Part shown: positions 24,788-41,588 of the stretch, one piece after another
How the letters are laid out: each line of letters begins with the position of its first letter
Position numbering within the stretch: the first letter of the stretch is position 1
Source: the human T2T-CHM13v2.0 reference genome, Homo sapiens
Strand: one strand, 5' to 3'
DNA length: 64,000 nt
Assembly: GCF_009914755.1 (NCBI RefSeq)
Contig: NC_060935.1
Program-made: the position numbers and the translations under genes
The notes under the pieces: generated by a model
What the model saw: the letters and a program-made list of their open reading frames with translations, nothing else
Database searches by the model: none
What the model was told of the DNA's origin: nothing

Positions 24788-26596
24788 CTATAAAGGAAAG
24801 ATAATTAACAATCAATAAAAATATCATAGTCTTACTTGAGAGCAGCATAGAATTCTACTGTTAAATGACCTTAGGTGAAACTCTTAACTGAGATTTTACA
24901 TCCTTATGCTTTTAAGTGTTGAAAGAAATTAGTATAGTATGCCTTGTAAAAAGAGAATAAATTATTTTGCCTATTTAAAAAGAAGACTGACCTGGTAATA
25001 AAATCATCTTAGTTGATGATGTGAAGATAAGAAAGTTTAATCACTAAGCAAACTGCAAAGCACTGAAAGCACTGCTTCTTACCCTAAATGAAGCCCACTC
25101 TGCTGTGGGAACAAATTAATATATATTATGTATGGAAACCCAATCCCCACAAAGTCCTCAAGAATTAAGCATCAGGAACTATTAACCATATGTTAGTTAT
25201 CCTGACAGACTGTTCCATGGGCCTGGTCTGAGGGAGTTTGGGACAGAAATAAGTGCAAGAAAACATTTGTCTATGACCCCAGATCAAGTCCCCGATCTTG
25301 CTCGGTTCTATCCAAATAAGCGATTTTCATCAAAATGATGCTTCTCTTTTCCTTCTGTGCTTGCCTCCCAGTGAACACTCTAGGGTCACGGAAATGACTC
25401 CAGACTCTCTTACAATTGGCAATAAGACAAGTTAAATTACATGAGTGTCTCAATCCCTTTCTGTAAACAGGGAAGAAACAGTACCAATATCATGAAGTTT
25501 CAAGTATCAAATGGAGCATGCAATGTGTTTATCACAGTATCTGGTATACAGCAATGGTAATTCCTTTCCTCTTTTCCTTCCAAATTATTGCTCCCTGGTC
25601 CCATCCTTCCAATGTGGCTCAATTATCGGGTTCTAGTCATTAAATTCTACTCTTCTACAATAAGCCACATACCAGGTCTGAGAAAGAGTCTGGATCAGAC
25701 AAGAGTTCAGCACTGTAGTAGAAAACAGATTCTGGGTATCAGAGGATCTGGTCTCAAGTCCTGACTGTATTACCTATAGCTCTATGAATTTAACCTTGCT
25801 GAGCCTTAACTGCCTCATCTCTAAAACAGACTTAATACTTATTCCTATCTAATGGGATTATTATGAGGGTTAATTAAGCTAATAGACTTGAAATCATTTA
25901 GTGAACTGTAATGTAACAATAACAGTCACCATCATTAGCTTCCTCCTGGGTCATTTACAGACTCCCTATCTGGAAGACTTGACCTGCAAGAGATCACCAA
26001 GTCTCAATACTCAGGTGCAAAGGGGAATGACTCAAAGCTAAAAAGAAATAAACTAGAGACAAATAAAATTAAAGCCTACTTAATGAACTACCCAGGACCT
26101 TTTAACGTTGAAGAGATGGTACAGGCTAAAGATATAAACAACCTTAACTGAGTTGGGCTACATTTTCAGATGAAAGATTCATGATAGTAGAGACAGCGTT
26201 TCACCATGTTGGCCAGGCCGGTCTCAAACTCCTAACCTTAAGTGATGTGCCCATCTCAGCCTCCCAAAGTGCTGGGATTACAGGTGTGAGCCACCGCGCC
26301 CGGCCCAACTGCCACATTTTATAGAAGAGAAAAAATCCAGGGAATTTAAGTAACTTGCTCAATATCACTCAGCAAATCAGAGGAAGACCTGGGACTAGGA
26401 CCCAGGTCCCCTGAGTCCAAAGTGAGTGCTGTGTCTCCTAGTTATGCTCCTTCTCATATCACTAACTTCTGTCATAGCCTGAAATTAGGGAGGCCACAGC
26501 AGAGGTATAGAGCTACAGGAAGGCCTCTGGCTCCGCCTTGGACCAGACAATTCCTGGACAGAGACCTATTTGAAGGGAAGGTCTGAATAAGCTTAC

Positions 26597-26677
26597 CTGT
26601 GTTGCTGCTGCTGAGGCCAAATCACTCTGCTTCAAATACAAAGGGGCAGCTACATGCCACAACTTTTCCTGCAAGGC
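26597..26677 (-). other. INTS4: Duplicated copy of the 81-nt INTS4 exon (candidate alternative exon or pseudo-exon)
   Basis: gtgtag|GCC...CAG|gtaagc; open frame ALQEKLWHVAAPLYLKQSDLASAAATQ; lies inside a 179-bp tandem duplication; splicing not demonstrated. Confidence 0.85.
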
Positions 26678-26775
26678 CTACACAGACAGAGCTATAGGAA
26701 GGCCTCTGGCTCTGTCTTGGACCAGACAATTACTGGACAGAGACCTATTTGAAGGGAAGGTCTGAATAAGCTTAC

Positions 26776-26856
26776 CTGTTTCGCTGCTGCTGAGGCCAAA
26801 TCACTCTGCTTCAAATACAAAGGGGCAGCTACATTCCACAACTTTTCCTGCAAGGC
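26776..26856 (-). CDS. INTS4: INTS4 coding exon (probable exon 17, canonical copy)
   Basis: gcgtag|GCC...CAG|gtaagc; 81 nt, phase 0-0; ALQEKLWNVAAPLYLKQSDLASAAAKQ; keeps the native upstream intron. Confidence 0.93.
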
Positions 26857-27519
26857 CTACGCAGACAAATCAGGAGGGAACAGAATACCGAGGTCACAAA
26901 GACTGGCCTATCATTTGGGATTTACATTTTTGTTTTCCTTTGAAAGTCTCCCATGAACAGGACTTCTCAATTGATCTTATTCTTTTAACCCAATAAGCTG
27001 TATCTATTATGGAGAAAGATGAGACCAATGGTTTGGGCTAAATGAATTCCCACCCATTTGATCCAATTCTTGGCCCAAAGGCTCTGTGTCCCAGATCAGT
27101 GCTTCTGGAAGCAGAGGACAGGAACCACGAAAGCTTCACCAGAATGCGCAGGCAAGCCAGCTTCCGGGCTCTAGGCACTCCTTGTTCCCAGAGCTACTGG
27201 ACTAACCCAAGCCACCTAGATACTTCTTCCTTAACTGTGGTTCTTTTTTCTTTTCCCCTATGCTCATTATGTTGTAAGCCCCAACCACTTTATCAACATA
27301 TTCAACTAGAAATCAAGCAGCTTTCCTAGATTTCTCCCTCTTTCAATCTTTCTACATTCAAAACCACCACTAAGAGCCATGATTTTACCTTCCATCTCTC
27401 TCCTCACCTATCCATCCACATGACCTCATCCCTTGCACAAACTTCTGTGACAGCCTCTTATTTTCTCAGTCCTTCTGAATTACAGATGTAATCAAATGAC
27501 ATTACAGAAAACCTAGACT

Positions 27520-27860
27520 AACACTGTCCAATAGAAATATAACATGAGCTATATATAATTTTAAATATTCTCGTAGCCACGGTTTTTAAATTACAAAGAT
27601 GTAAGTTAATTTTAAGATACAAAGACTAAGTTAATTTTTTAAAAAAGTTTATTTAACCCAGTATATCCAAGATATTAACATTTCACCATGCAGTATTTTT
27701 TAAATTATTAATTAGTTTACATTTTCTCTTCATACTAAGTCTGAGAAATCCAGTGTGTATTTTGCACTTAATAACACATCTCAGTTTGGACTAACAACTT
27801 TTCGAGTGCTCAAGAGTCCCATGTATCTGGTGGCTATCAAATTAAACAGTGGTAGGTCTA
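27520..27860. mobile_element. MER33/MER3-like hAT MITE
   Basis: ctgtccaatagaaatataa terminus and gtggctatcaaattaaacag at the other end. Confidence 0.65.
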
Positions 27861-27962
27861 AACTGTAGATAAAAACTATAGGAATTTCTGGAATATTTAC
27901 TTCTAATCATTTCTTGTATGCATGTTTTTTGACAGTTGTAGTCAGAAAGCAGAATTAAGTTT

Positions 27963-29432
<1,470 letters not shown>

Positions 29433-30311
29433 TTCTTTTGGGTACATAACATTACACCCTAAATATTTTGTCATGTTGTTGTATAATTCTTCATAAAGAA
29501 TTACTGACTACAGAATATACTGCTAGGTAGCTGTACCAAAATTTATTTAGCTTTTTTCCTGTTATTAAACACACTTGCCTTGGGTTCTGGCTCTGGGCCC
29601 CTCACCTACACTGTCACCCCTTGTCATTGAATAACCAACAATTATGTGTTCTTTTTAGGAGTAATCACTTCTCTTTCCTCACCCATATTTTGCTACTATA
29701 GAAAAGTGGATTCTTCTCCATGGCCTCCTTGAATTCCTGGGGTTTCACAGAGGCTTGGAAAAGCCAAACAACCTTGCAAAGGGGCAGGAAGGAACTTCTT
29801 GGAGTGATGAAAATGTTCTACGACTTGCCTATGGTGGTGATTACACAGATATATACATTAGAAAGAACATATCTAGCCTAACAAGGACCATTTAAGTGCC
29901 AAGTATACATACGCACCTTTACATGTATAGGCACACCTGCACAACTGTAAATATAACATTTAGCACAAGTTCACACAGTAGAAAATAACTTTTGACTCCC
30001 TGATTTACTCTGACTTTAGCCAAACATCATTAATCACTTTGAAAACAAAGAACACTTTGAACTAGGGCCAAGATAAAAGTTCGTCAAGTGAGAAGGGCTC
30101 TCCTAAATTCTGTGCCAAAATTTATAGTAAAATTCTGCTGCAGAAGCTGAAAGATACTGAACTCATTTAATTGTTTTTTAACTCAGCAAAACTAAATAGA
30201 TTCTTGGGTACCAATTCTGTGTATAGCTGACTACTGAGTAAGAAACGCCAGCAAGTTGGTCTTTTTAAAAGCAATGAAATCAACCTTTTAACTTTGATGA
30301 AGTGCAGTGAG

Positions 30312-30609
30312 TTTTTTTGTTTGTTTGTTTGTTTGTTTTCTTTAAAGACAGGATCTTGGTCTGTCATCCAGGCTGGAGTGCAATCTCACTGCAGCCTTGA
30401 CCTCCTAGGCTCAAGCAGTCCTCCCAACTCCAGCCGAGTAGCTGGATATACAGGAATGCACCACCACACCTGCCTACTTTAAATTTTCTTGTAGAGATGA
30501 GGTGTCGCTATGTTGCCCAGGCTGGTCTCAAACTCTTGAGCTCAAGCGATCCTCCTGCCTTGGCCTGCCAAAGTGCTAAGATTACAGGTGTGAGCCACCG
30601 CACCTGGCC
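30312..30609 (-). mobile_element. AluJ-like
   Basis: Alu consensus motifs, (TTTG)n tail. Confidence 0.9.
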
Positions 30610-30952
30610 TTCAAATGAGCATTTTAAGAAAATAGTCTAAAACTTCATACAATTCCTTTGCTAATCAAATTATACAAAACATTTACAACCTTGGGATTCT
30701 AACTAAAATGATTATCCAATCTGCTCTAATTATATTATGATAAAAGAATTCTCCCCAAATTTACAAATTCCTATGAGTTAATATTTCGTTAATTAGAGAC
30801 AAATGTAATCACACTGCAGAGTACATATTTCTCCATTGTCAAGTGGTTGCATTAAGACCATAAGTTTTATAACTTATGGCCTCACACACTGCTGGATCCA
30901 CAAAGATGCATTTTTAGCAACACAATCATAAATGGAATGGATGCAAACCAAC

Positions 30953-31046
30953 CTTGATGAGAAGTAGTTGACAGCGAAGATAGGTGGCAGAGAAATCAGC
31001 TACTCCTGCCAATTCAGATTGAAGTTCTCCAAGTCTTTGCAGATCC
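30953..31046 (-). CDS. INTS4: INTS4 coding exon (probable exon 16)
   Basis: tatag|G...AAG|gttggt; 94 nt; DLQRLGELQSELAGVADFSATYLRCQLLLIK. Confidence 0.95.
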
Positions 31047-31470
31047 CTATAGTAAATAAAACCCCCAAGGCAAACACAGGATAAGGATAATGCCACCAAC
31101 ATAAAGATCATGTCAAAAGCATTTTATCATTTTATACCTAGTAAACAGTCATACATTTTTAAATGACGACACTGAATGCTGGAGTGGTTATAATAAAATT
31201 GGTTCACTCACACTGTGATAGTAGTTTAAGCTGATGTAACCCTTTTGGAAAGCAAAACCGTACTGTTATAAAGGCACATATATGGTAAAATGTTTTGATT
31301 CATAGCTTTACACTGAAAAGTAATACTAAGAGAAATATTCAACAGAAATGAAATGCTTTATGGGTCATAATATTCATTGTTATGTGGACTATTATAGTAA
31401 AAACTCAGTAGCTACTTATTCAATGGTGAAAAAAATATTGAGTAAATTATGATGCATCCAATCAAGTAAA

Positions 31471-31864
<394 letters not shown>

Positions 31865-32529
31865 CAAGTAAATATTTTGTAGCCATTAAAATATGGAATG
31901 GTTAATAAGGTGTATGATCTCAACTATGTAAAAACTATATAGAGGAGAAAAATACATTGAGGTGGTTTTCTGGATAATGGTAATAGGGTGCTCTTTAGTA
32001 CCTTCTCCCAACTATGCTTTATTTTCCGAGTTTTTAAGACAATGAACAAGTATTTTTTTGTATCAGAAAAAAACATTATTTTTTAAAAAGGTATTATGGT
32101 AGACACTGTTGGTTGCCTGTCCAGTTAGCCATTCTCCACTTCTTTATTACTAATTGAACTCTGATTTTGTTCAAGGGAACATGTCCCCAAGCCCAATTCC
32201 AAGTAGTATCTGATTGAACTAAGCCAATTAGTGCACATTGTCTGTCTGGATATGTGACCTGAGTTGACCTTATCAGTTCAGTTGAAAGTACTTTATTCCA
32301 TGCTTACAACAAATTGGTGTGTCTGTCTGTCTCTCGCCGGACTGGGCAAGGATGTTTATAGCCCTGATTGCCATTAGCAGCATACTGTAACTCTAAGGGA
32401 AAAACCCTTAAGATAAAGCCAATGCTGAAGACAAGAAAAGTCCAAAGAGAAATAGAGAAACTAGGTCCTCAATGATATAAATAAGCCACTTAATCATACC
32501 ATATCTCCAATTTCTGGACATCTGGAAAA

Positions 32530-32870
32530 ATACCTTAGTCATGCAACTGCTATAACAAAATATCATAGACTGGGTGGGTTATAAACAACCGAAATTTATT
32601 TCTCACAGTTGTATAGGCTGGGAAGTCCAAAATCAAGACACCTACAGATTTGGTTTCTAGTGAGGGCTCATTTCCTCATAGGTTGCACCTTCTACATGTA
32701 TCTTCATATGGTGGAAGTCACAAACGAGCTCCCTTAGGCCTCTTTTAAAGGTTATTAATCTCATTCATGACCTAATCACCTCCCAAAGACCTCACTTCCT
32801 CATAACATCACCTTGGGGTTAGGATTGCAGTATATGAATTTGGGGGAGACATAAACTTTCAGATCATAGC
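32530..32870 (-). mobile_element. MLT1A-like MaLR LTR nested in an older MLT1 LTR (about 32095-32920)
   Basis: gctataacaaaatatcatagactgggtgg...aaatttatttctcacagtt...ttcagatcatagca. Confidence 0.75.
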
Positions 32871-33051
32871 AGGAAATAAATAGCCATTATAAGCTAGCTT
32901 GTGAAAAGCATCCTAACTGGATATAAGTATAGACACAATGACTGTAACCATATGAAAACATATCTGCCTATAGTAAGAAATTAGAAAGTGTCATACACAA
33001 ATAAAATAGTTGTGCTAGAATTATTGGTGATTTAAAACATTTAGTTTTCAT

Positions 33052-33862
33052 ATTTATGCAGCCAAAAGACACATGAAAAAATGCTCATCATCACTGGCCA
33101 TCAGAGAAATGCAAATCAAAACCACAGTGAGATACCATCTCACACCAGTTAGAATGGCTATCATTAAAAAGTCAGGAATCAACACGTGCTGGAGAGGATG
33201 TGGAGAAATAGGAACACTTTTACACTGTTGGTGGGACTGTAAACTAGTTCAACCATTGTGGAAGTCAGTGTGGTGATTCCTCAGGGATCTAGAACTAGAA
33301 ATATCATTTGACCCAGCCATCCCATTACTGGGTATATACCCAAAGGATTATAAATCATGCTGCTATAAAGACACATGCACGCATATGTTTATTGTGGCAC
33401 TATTCACAATAGCAAAGACTTGGAACCAAGCCAAATGTCCAACAATGATAGACTGGATTAAGAAAATGTGGCATATATACACCATGGAATACTATGCAGC
33501 CATAAAAAATGATGAGTTCATGTCCTTTGTAGGGACATGGATGAAGCTGGAAACCATCATTCTCAGCAAACTATCACAAGGACAAAAAACCAAACACTGC
33601 CTGTTCTCACTCATAGGTGGGAATTGAACAATGAGAACACATGGACACAGGAAGGGGAACATCACACCCCGGGGCCTGTTGTGGGGTGGGGGAGGGGGGA
33701 GGGATAGCATTAGGAGATATACCTAATGCTAAATGATGAGTTAATGGGTGCAGCACACCAACATGGCACATGTATACATATGTAACTAACCTGCACATTG
33801 TGCACATGTACCCTAAAACTTAAAGTATAATAAAAAGAGAAAATGTTTCTTTAAAAAAAAAA
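33052..33862 (+). mobile_element. 5'-truncated L1PA (about PA4-PA5), 3' end
   Basis: ORF2 C-terminus ...KHCLFSLIGGN*, G-rich 3' UTR, A tail; probable TSD aaaa(c/a)atttagtttt at about 33034-33048 and 33857-33871. Confidence 0.95.
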
Positions 33863-35318
33863 TTTAGTTTTTTTGAATAGTTAATACATACTTAAGGTAT
33901 AGCTTTCAAAGGATATACAATTAAATTAAATTAAATTAGTCCCCCTTCCTACGCCTGTGCCCTGTAGCCCTGCCACCCTGTATACCTTCCCAGAGGCAAC
34001 TACTATTACCAGTTTCTTTTGAATTTTGAGATATGCCATGCATTTACAAAAAGTACTGGTTTTCTTTGCTTTCTTCTTTTTTAGGGGAGGAATGTGAGTG
34101 TGTGTGTGTTTGTGTATTACCTAACCATCTCAGCATTCATAGAAAGCTGCCTCATTACTTTTTAATAGCAACATTAAATTCTGAATAGAAATGGAAACTG
34201 TGGGAAACCTTAAGGTCTGAGTCACTTGGGAAGCTGTCTGTTTCAGGGCCGGCATAACACATCAGGTTTCACAGTAGCCTGGAAAAAACCGTCCACTGGA
34301 CTATGACACTTCCTCCCATCTCATGCTCGGCAGGTAACGTTACGATAGTTAACGATGCCTCCTGGGGACTTTGACATCAAGAAGGAGATGCCTACAAAGG
34401 GGCAAAGAGTAAATTACTCTCAAAGTGATTGAAGAATTAATGTATGATATATATCACTTCTTATTCGTTTGGGTTGCTTGAACTGGTCCTGGAGGGCCTA
34501 CCCAAAGTGTGGGAACCCAGCACAATGAAAGCCAAGACCATAGACTAGCTAAGCCCAACTGTGAAGTGTGAGTTTGGTGGCCAGATGGTCTCTTCCTTTC
34601 GCTTCTCTGATTTTTCTCTTGCAAGAGACAGCCCTGAAGTATTCTACTTCAGAAGCATTTGTGTTTCCTCTCCAGGAAGATTCTGCCTTCTATGACAATT
34701 ATACAGAATACAGACCAACTGACTGTACATTAACTAACTGATTCCAAATGTTACTTTATTCCCCTGCCCCGGAATTGTAGCAGTTGTTCTGAAGTGCACA
34801 AAACAAGATGTAACCCAATCCAACACAATTAGCCATAAGAAATCTGAACTTCTGTACAAACAAAAATGGAAACTTGTTAGCTCTGGGAAAAATCCTGTGT
34901 CCCAGTGTTACCTCTCTTTATCTCTTTATGCTCACAATTCTCAGGAAGCCTCAGTCTAGACATCCATCAGGAGACTATGGGCTCTAATGAGAAAGGTAAA
35001 CTGAGCACATTCTATGTGCACTGTACTGTGCTGGCTGTTTCCTTACTTGAGCTCACTTAATCCTCACAATATGAATTGCAATTAATCCTATTTCACTGAA
35101 CAGGAAACTAAAGATCAAAATTTAAGTGGCTTGCCTAAGGTCACAGAATAAACAACAAAACAGGACATGAACTAGACAGAGTCAGCTCTGACTCCAAAAG
35201 TATTTTTTTAACCATATCATATTGCATCTCATTTATTTATTTGCTATTAAACTCTTTTCATTTATTTATTAATTACATCAAACACAGATGAGACCAAAAC
35301 TAATTTAAAACTAGATAC

Positions 35319-36849
<1,531 letters not shown>

Positions 36850-37813
36850 AGTTAGTTTAAATTTTAAAGCAAACATCCATAAATGTCCAACTATTATCTA
36901 TGTAACTGATATTCTCAAAATGCTTTTGCCACATATCATTACAATAATCTTCGCAACAGTTCTACAGGTGCAAGCCACAGCATCTGGCTCATAGGTGAGA
37001 TCTTCATTGGGTTAAATGGCTGTTTGGATTACAAAACAGGGCACTGTGTATGACAGTGAAATTTGTTTTACACTCATACTAACAAATACATGGCTCCAGT
37101 CCTCATCAGAGAACCTTCTGTATGAAAGGCTAACATTTCACTCCATAACAACTCAGAAAGTGTAAGTTGTGGAGAACCCCAGGGGTCAACTGATCTAATC
37201 TCATGTGATACAGGAATCCCCTGTAAATCACTGCACATCACAGAATATGGATTTTAGAGTTGACAAAGCTGAACTCAAATCCTGCTTCTGCCTCTTCTTA
37301 GCAAATTACTTCATGTCTGCAATGATGGTTGTAAAACATCGCAGGTGCCCTCAGTGCTATGGTCCATCTGCTTCCCTTTCCAGATTTTTCACCATCCTGC
37401 CTATGCTCCTGAATACACACTCAAGCTAGAAACACAGAGCCCCAAACTTAGGACAGTGATCTGGCCGGCCACTGCCTAGCAAGACTATCATCTCAGGAAA
37501 CCCAGACCATGAAGGCGAGTACCTTCTAAGAGCCAGCACTGCAGCTGATCACCAAACTGGCTAGCTTTTGTGCCTTTTGCACTTGCTTTAGTGCCAACAG
37601 GATAAAACTGTCAAGGACAAAATCTAAATGTTTATTTAGGTGGGGATGAGTCAGGAAGTAGACTGTATTTTACTGGGCTCAGGGCCAACAACCTCATTCA
37701 GTGGCCTCCAAAACTAAACACTTTGTTGAGGGAGAAGAGAAATCGCTTCACAAGAGGTATAGAAAGGACTGGAATCTCCGCTTACAGAGCTGTGGACTGC
37801 CCAGAGCTTACAG

Positions 37814-38036
37814 CAGGGTCAGCAAATTTTTTCTGTAAAAGGTCAAACAGTAAATATGTTAGGTTTTACAGGCCGTATGGTCTCTGTGGCAACTACTCAA
37901 CTCTGTGATTGTAGCATGAAAGCAACTATAGACAATACCTAAACAAATGAGCGTGGGTGTGCTTCAATCAGATCTTACATACAAAAGCAGGCAACAGGCC
38001 AGCTTTGGTCCACAGGCTGTAGTCTGGGGACTCCTA
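37814..38036. mobile_element. MER58A-like hAT MITE
   Basis: cagggtcagcaaattttttctgtaaaaggtcaaacagtaaatat... matches the MER58 pattern. Confidence 0.8.
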
Positions 38037-38489
38037 GTTTAGAGTACTGTTACTGGCACATCACAGGCACACAATAAATATCAAGTATATGATTCAATGT
38101 ACAGTGGCAAGAGAACAAACTGCCATGCTAAAATCATTTCAACCTAAAAAATAATTCAGTTTTCCCTATCTTTTATTGTTACTGATTACAGTGATGGTAT
38201 TCAGGTGAACACTCTGCCATTTGGAATATCATTTAGGCTTAGCCTGTGCAGCTAATGCAGCTTCTTCACACCACACAGCCATCTTTGACATATTTCAACT
38301 TGTTAACGATTCATGTTCTGCAGCCCTTTTGGCTGATGCTATCACTGCAAAGCAGTGATATGTGTGAGTCCATTCATTACGGTAACAAGCTTTCACTCAA
38401 GCTTTGTTTCTTGCAGTATCTATCATTTCTAGTGTGATCTCCTCCACTGATTTTTAAAAATCCAGTCAACAGCAGGATTTTCTTGTTGA

Positions 38490-39407
38490 ACTGTGAAGGC
38501 CTGTGCTAGGTAGGGACTTTGTGAATCATCCCTGCTTGGGTCCCAGAGCTACTGGGGGGCCCATCACTGGAGTGGCTGGTGAGACCCTCCAGGGCATGAG
38601 AGTTGCTATGGGCCTCTGTGTGGCTTCTAGAGGCTTCCCAGGGGCACAAAGACTAAGTGACCCAGGTGGAAGCTCAGGAGGCTCACGCTGGACACATGCT
38701 GCACACTCTGGCTCTCCTGTGGCTGCAGCTGCACCCACCTACCCAGCATTCTCCCCACGACCTGTCCAGCCCAAGCCCACGGCACTCCCAGGGGAGCCCA
38801 GGACACCCTCAACTTTTTATTGGATTACTAGAGTATCAGACCACCCATTTATCTCTCAGTTCCTCACTCCCACCCCTGCACCCAGCAAGTCACCAAGTCC
38901 CCCAGGTGAGTAAACTGGAGCTAACAGCAGTTGGTACTTATGGCATATACTGGATTTGGCTCACTCACTCGTGGTATTCCTATCTTCATCTACTGTATCT
39001 TCCTAGACTACATAAGCTGCAAAGTTAAAAACTGCATTTCTCAGATTCCCTTGAGCTAGGTTCCAGACATGATTTATTATCAGTCAATCAAACACATTCG
39101 CATGAGTTTTGCATAGGGAATAATGTTAAGTGGGAAGAAAGGCAGAATGCAAGACATGGTTCTGGAGCCAGCAGCTTTATTGGTAGCATCCTGACTCAAT
39201 AGGCAGCTTTCCTGATCATAGCAGGAACATCAGCCTCCTTGGTGGCCCACTCATTGTGTGGCTCTGGAAATCATTCCTGGATATTCCACCTAGTCTGTTT
39301 CTTTAGCCTTCCCAACAACTCTGTGAGCCATGTAACATTCTGTAATAAATTTCTTTCTGCTTAAATTAGTTAAAAGCCTCTTTTGTTTTCTGCAAATGAA
39401 CCCTGAG
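38490..39407. mobile_element. Old ERVL-class LTR remnants (LTR16/LTR33-like)
   Basis: tttctcagattcccttgagctagg and aataaatttctttctgcttaaattag...aaccctga motifs. Confidence 0.55.
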
Positions 39408-39436
39408 CAATAAACTTGACTAAGATCAAACAACTA

Positions 39437-39773
39437 CAAGTCATGTGTTGTTTAACGATGGAGATACATTCTGAGACATACACTGTTATGTGATTTTGTC
39501 TCACAAACATCATAGAGTATATTTACACAAATCTAAATGGTATAGCCTACTACACACCTAGGCTATATGGTATAGTCTGTTGCTCCTAGGCTACAAATCT
39601 GTACAGCATGTTACTGTACTAAAGACTGTAGGCAACTGTAACACTGGTTACAATGGTAAATATTGGTAAATATGGTAAACAATGGTAAATATCTGTATAT
39701 CTAAACATCAAAAAGGTACAGTAAAAATATAATCATGGGACCACCACAACGTTGTTATTCAGTGCATGACTGT
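39437..39773. mobile_element. Tigger-derived MITE (MER47-like)
   Basis: TIR core gtcatg...catgactg(ta); gcctactacacacctaggctatatggtata core. Confidence 0.75.
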
Positions 39774-40885
39774 ATTAGCTCAGACGTTAAACAAAATGAG
39801 TCTGCCCTCAAAGCTCCATTCACTCAATCACTATACTACACCACTGCAGTTCTGGGAGGCTGTTCTCCCTCAGGTCTCCCAGCTCTTCTAATGTCTGCTG
39901 AAGTTGGAACTGTCTTCTGCACATGGACTACGAAACTGACATGCTCAGTTATCATTTCATACTAGCTAAAGGATCTTCTCCTTTGTGAAGCATCCCTCAC
40001 CACCACTACCGTGATGGGTCGGGGACTTTCATCTGTTTTTCCACAGCATCTATGCTTCTCTTCACTGTATCATTTATCAAATTGATGATTTCTGGGTCCT
40101 GTAATAAACAGTGAGTACCTTAAGAACAAATGTCATTTCTTATTTCTCTCTACCCTCAGCAACTGGCTTATTAGAATAAACAAATAGTTAATGCTGCTAA
40201 GTGAATGAATGACCTAATATAGTGGGAAAACGTAACTTGGAGGATGGTTCAGTTGGCTGGCTTTATAACATGTTAAGATGCAATAATGGACAGGAAAGCA
40301 TGAACAAAGTACAAAGCGCTGTTATCCACCATCATAAGTCTTTGTCTATATCCATCTTGTCTACATGGGCTCTCTAAGGGCAGAATCCTAGCTAGCTGAT
40401 CTGTATCTAGCACAGAGCTTGTTTCTTAGTGTATGGAATGAAATCATCCACTAAAAATTATTAATTGAATGTGGCTGGTACCAAATACTCTTCCGGGCAG
40501 ATCAAAAGAGATCTCAACTAAGATACAAATTATATAATATAATATTTTTCCTTCTTTCTTTTTTTTTTTTGAGATGGAGTCTCACTCTGTTGCCCAGACT
40601 GGAGTGCAGTGGCGCAATCCTGGCTCACTGCAAGCTCTGCCTCCGAGTTCAAGCGATCCTTGTGCCTCAATCTCCCAAGTAGCTGGGATTACAGGCGCGT
40701 GCCACCACACCTGGCTAATTTTTGTATTTTTAGTAGAGATGGGGTTTCACTCAACGGGGCTGGTCTTGAACTCCTAGCCTCAAGTGATCCTCCCGCCTCA
40801 GTCTCCCAAAGTGCTGGGATTACAGGCATGAGCCACTGCACCTGGCCGATATAATATTTTTCTCTTTTAAGAGCAAACAATAAAG

Positions 40886-41002
40886 AATTTAAACTCATTT
40901 GCTTTTAGCAAAAGCAGTACTGTTTGCTCCTCAAAGATATAATTTTTTAATCTTTTAAGAGCAAACAATACTGCTTTTGCTAAAAGCAAATGAGTTTAAA
41001 TT
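40886..41002. repeat. 44-bp inverted repeat with 1 mismatch
   Basis: 40886-40929 is the reverse complement of 40959-41002 except at one base. Confidence 0.93.
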
Positions 41003-41213
41003 TTTTTCATATCATTCAGGCCATTTTGAGGAAGGTCTGGCAGAGCCTTTTGGTTGTTCCCCAATATCTTTCTCCCATTCTTCCTGAGTATTAGAGTCAT
41101 CGCATGTAAACCAGGCATTAGTCACCCAGAATAAAGACTGCATGTCCTCGCTCCTTGAAGTGAGAGATGGCCATGTGACTTAAGTTCTAGTCAATGGAAT
41201 GCAAGTAAAATTA

Positions 41214-41588
<375 letters not shown>

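Larger units (their letters stand above)
26509..26866. repeat. 179-bp tandem duplication (2 copies)
   Basis: 26509-26687 vs 26688-26866; 8 substitutions and no indels by manual alignment. Confidence 0.97.

Noticed and set aside
38503-39028. Overlapping GC-rich ORFs of 61-136 aa
   Set aside because: They lie in LTR-like sequence and resemble no protein I recognise
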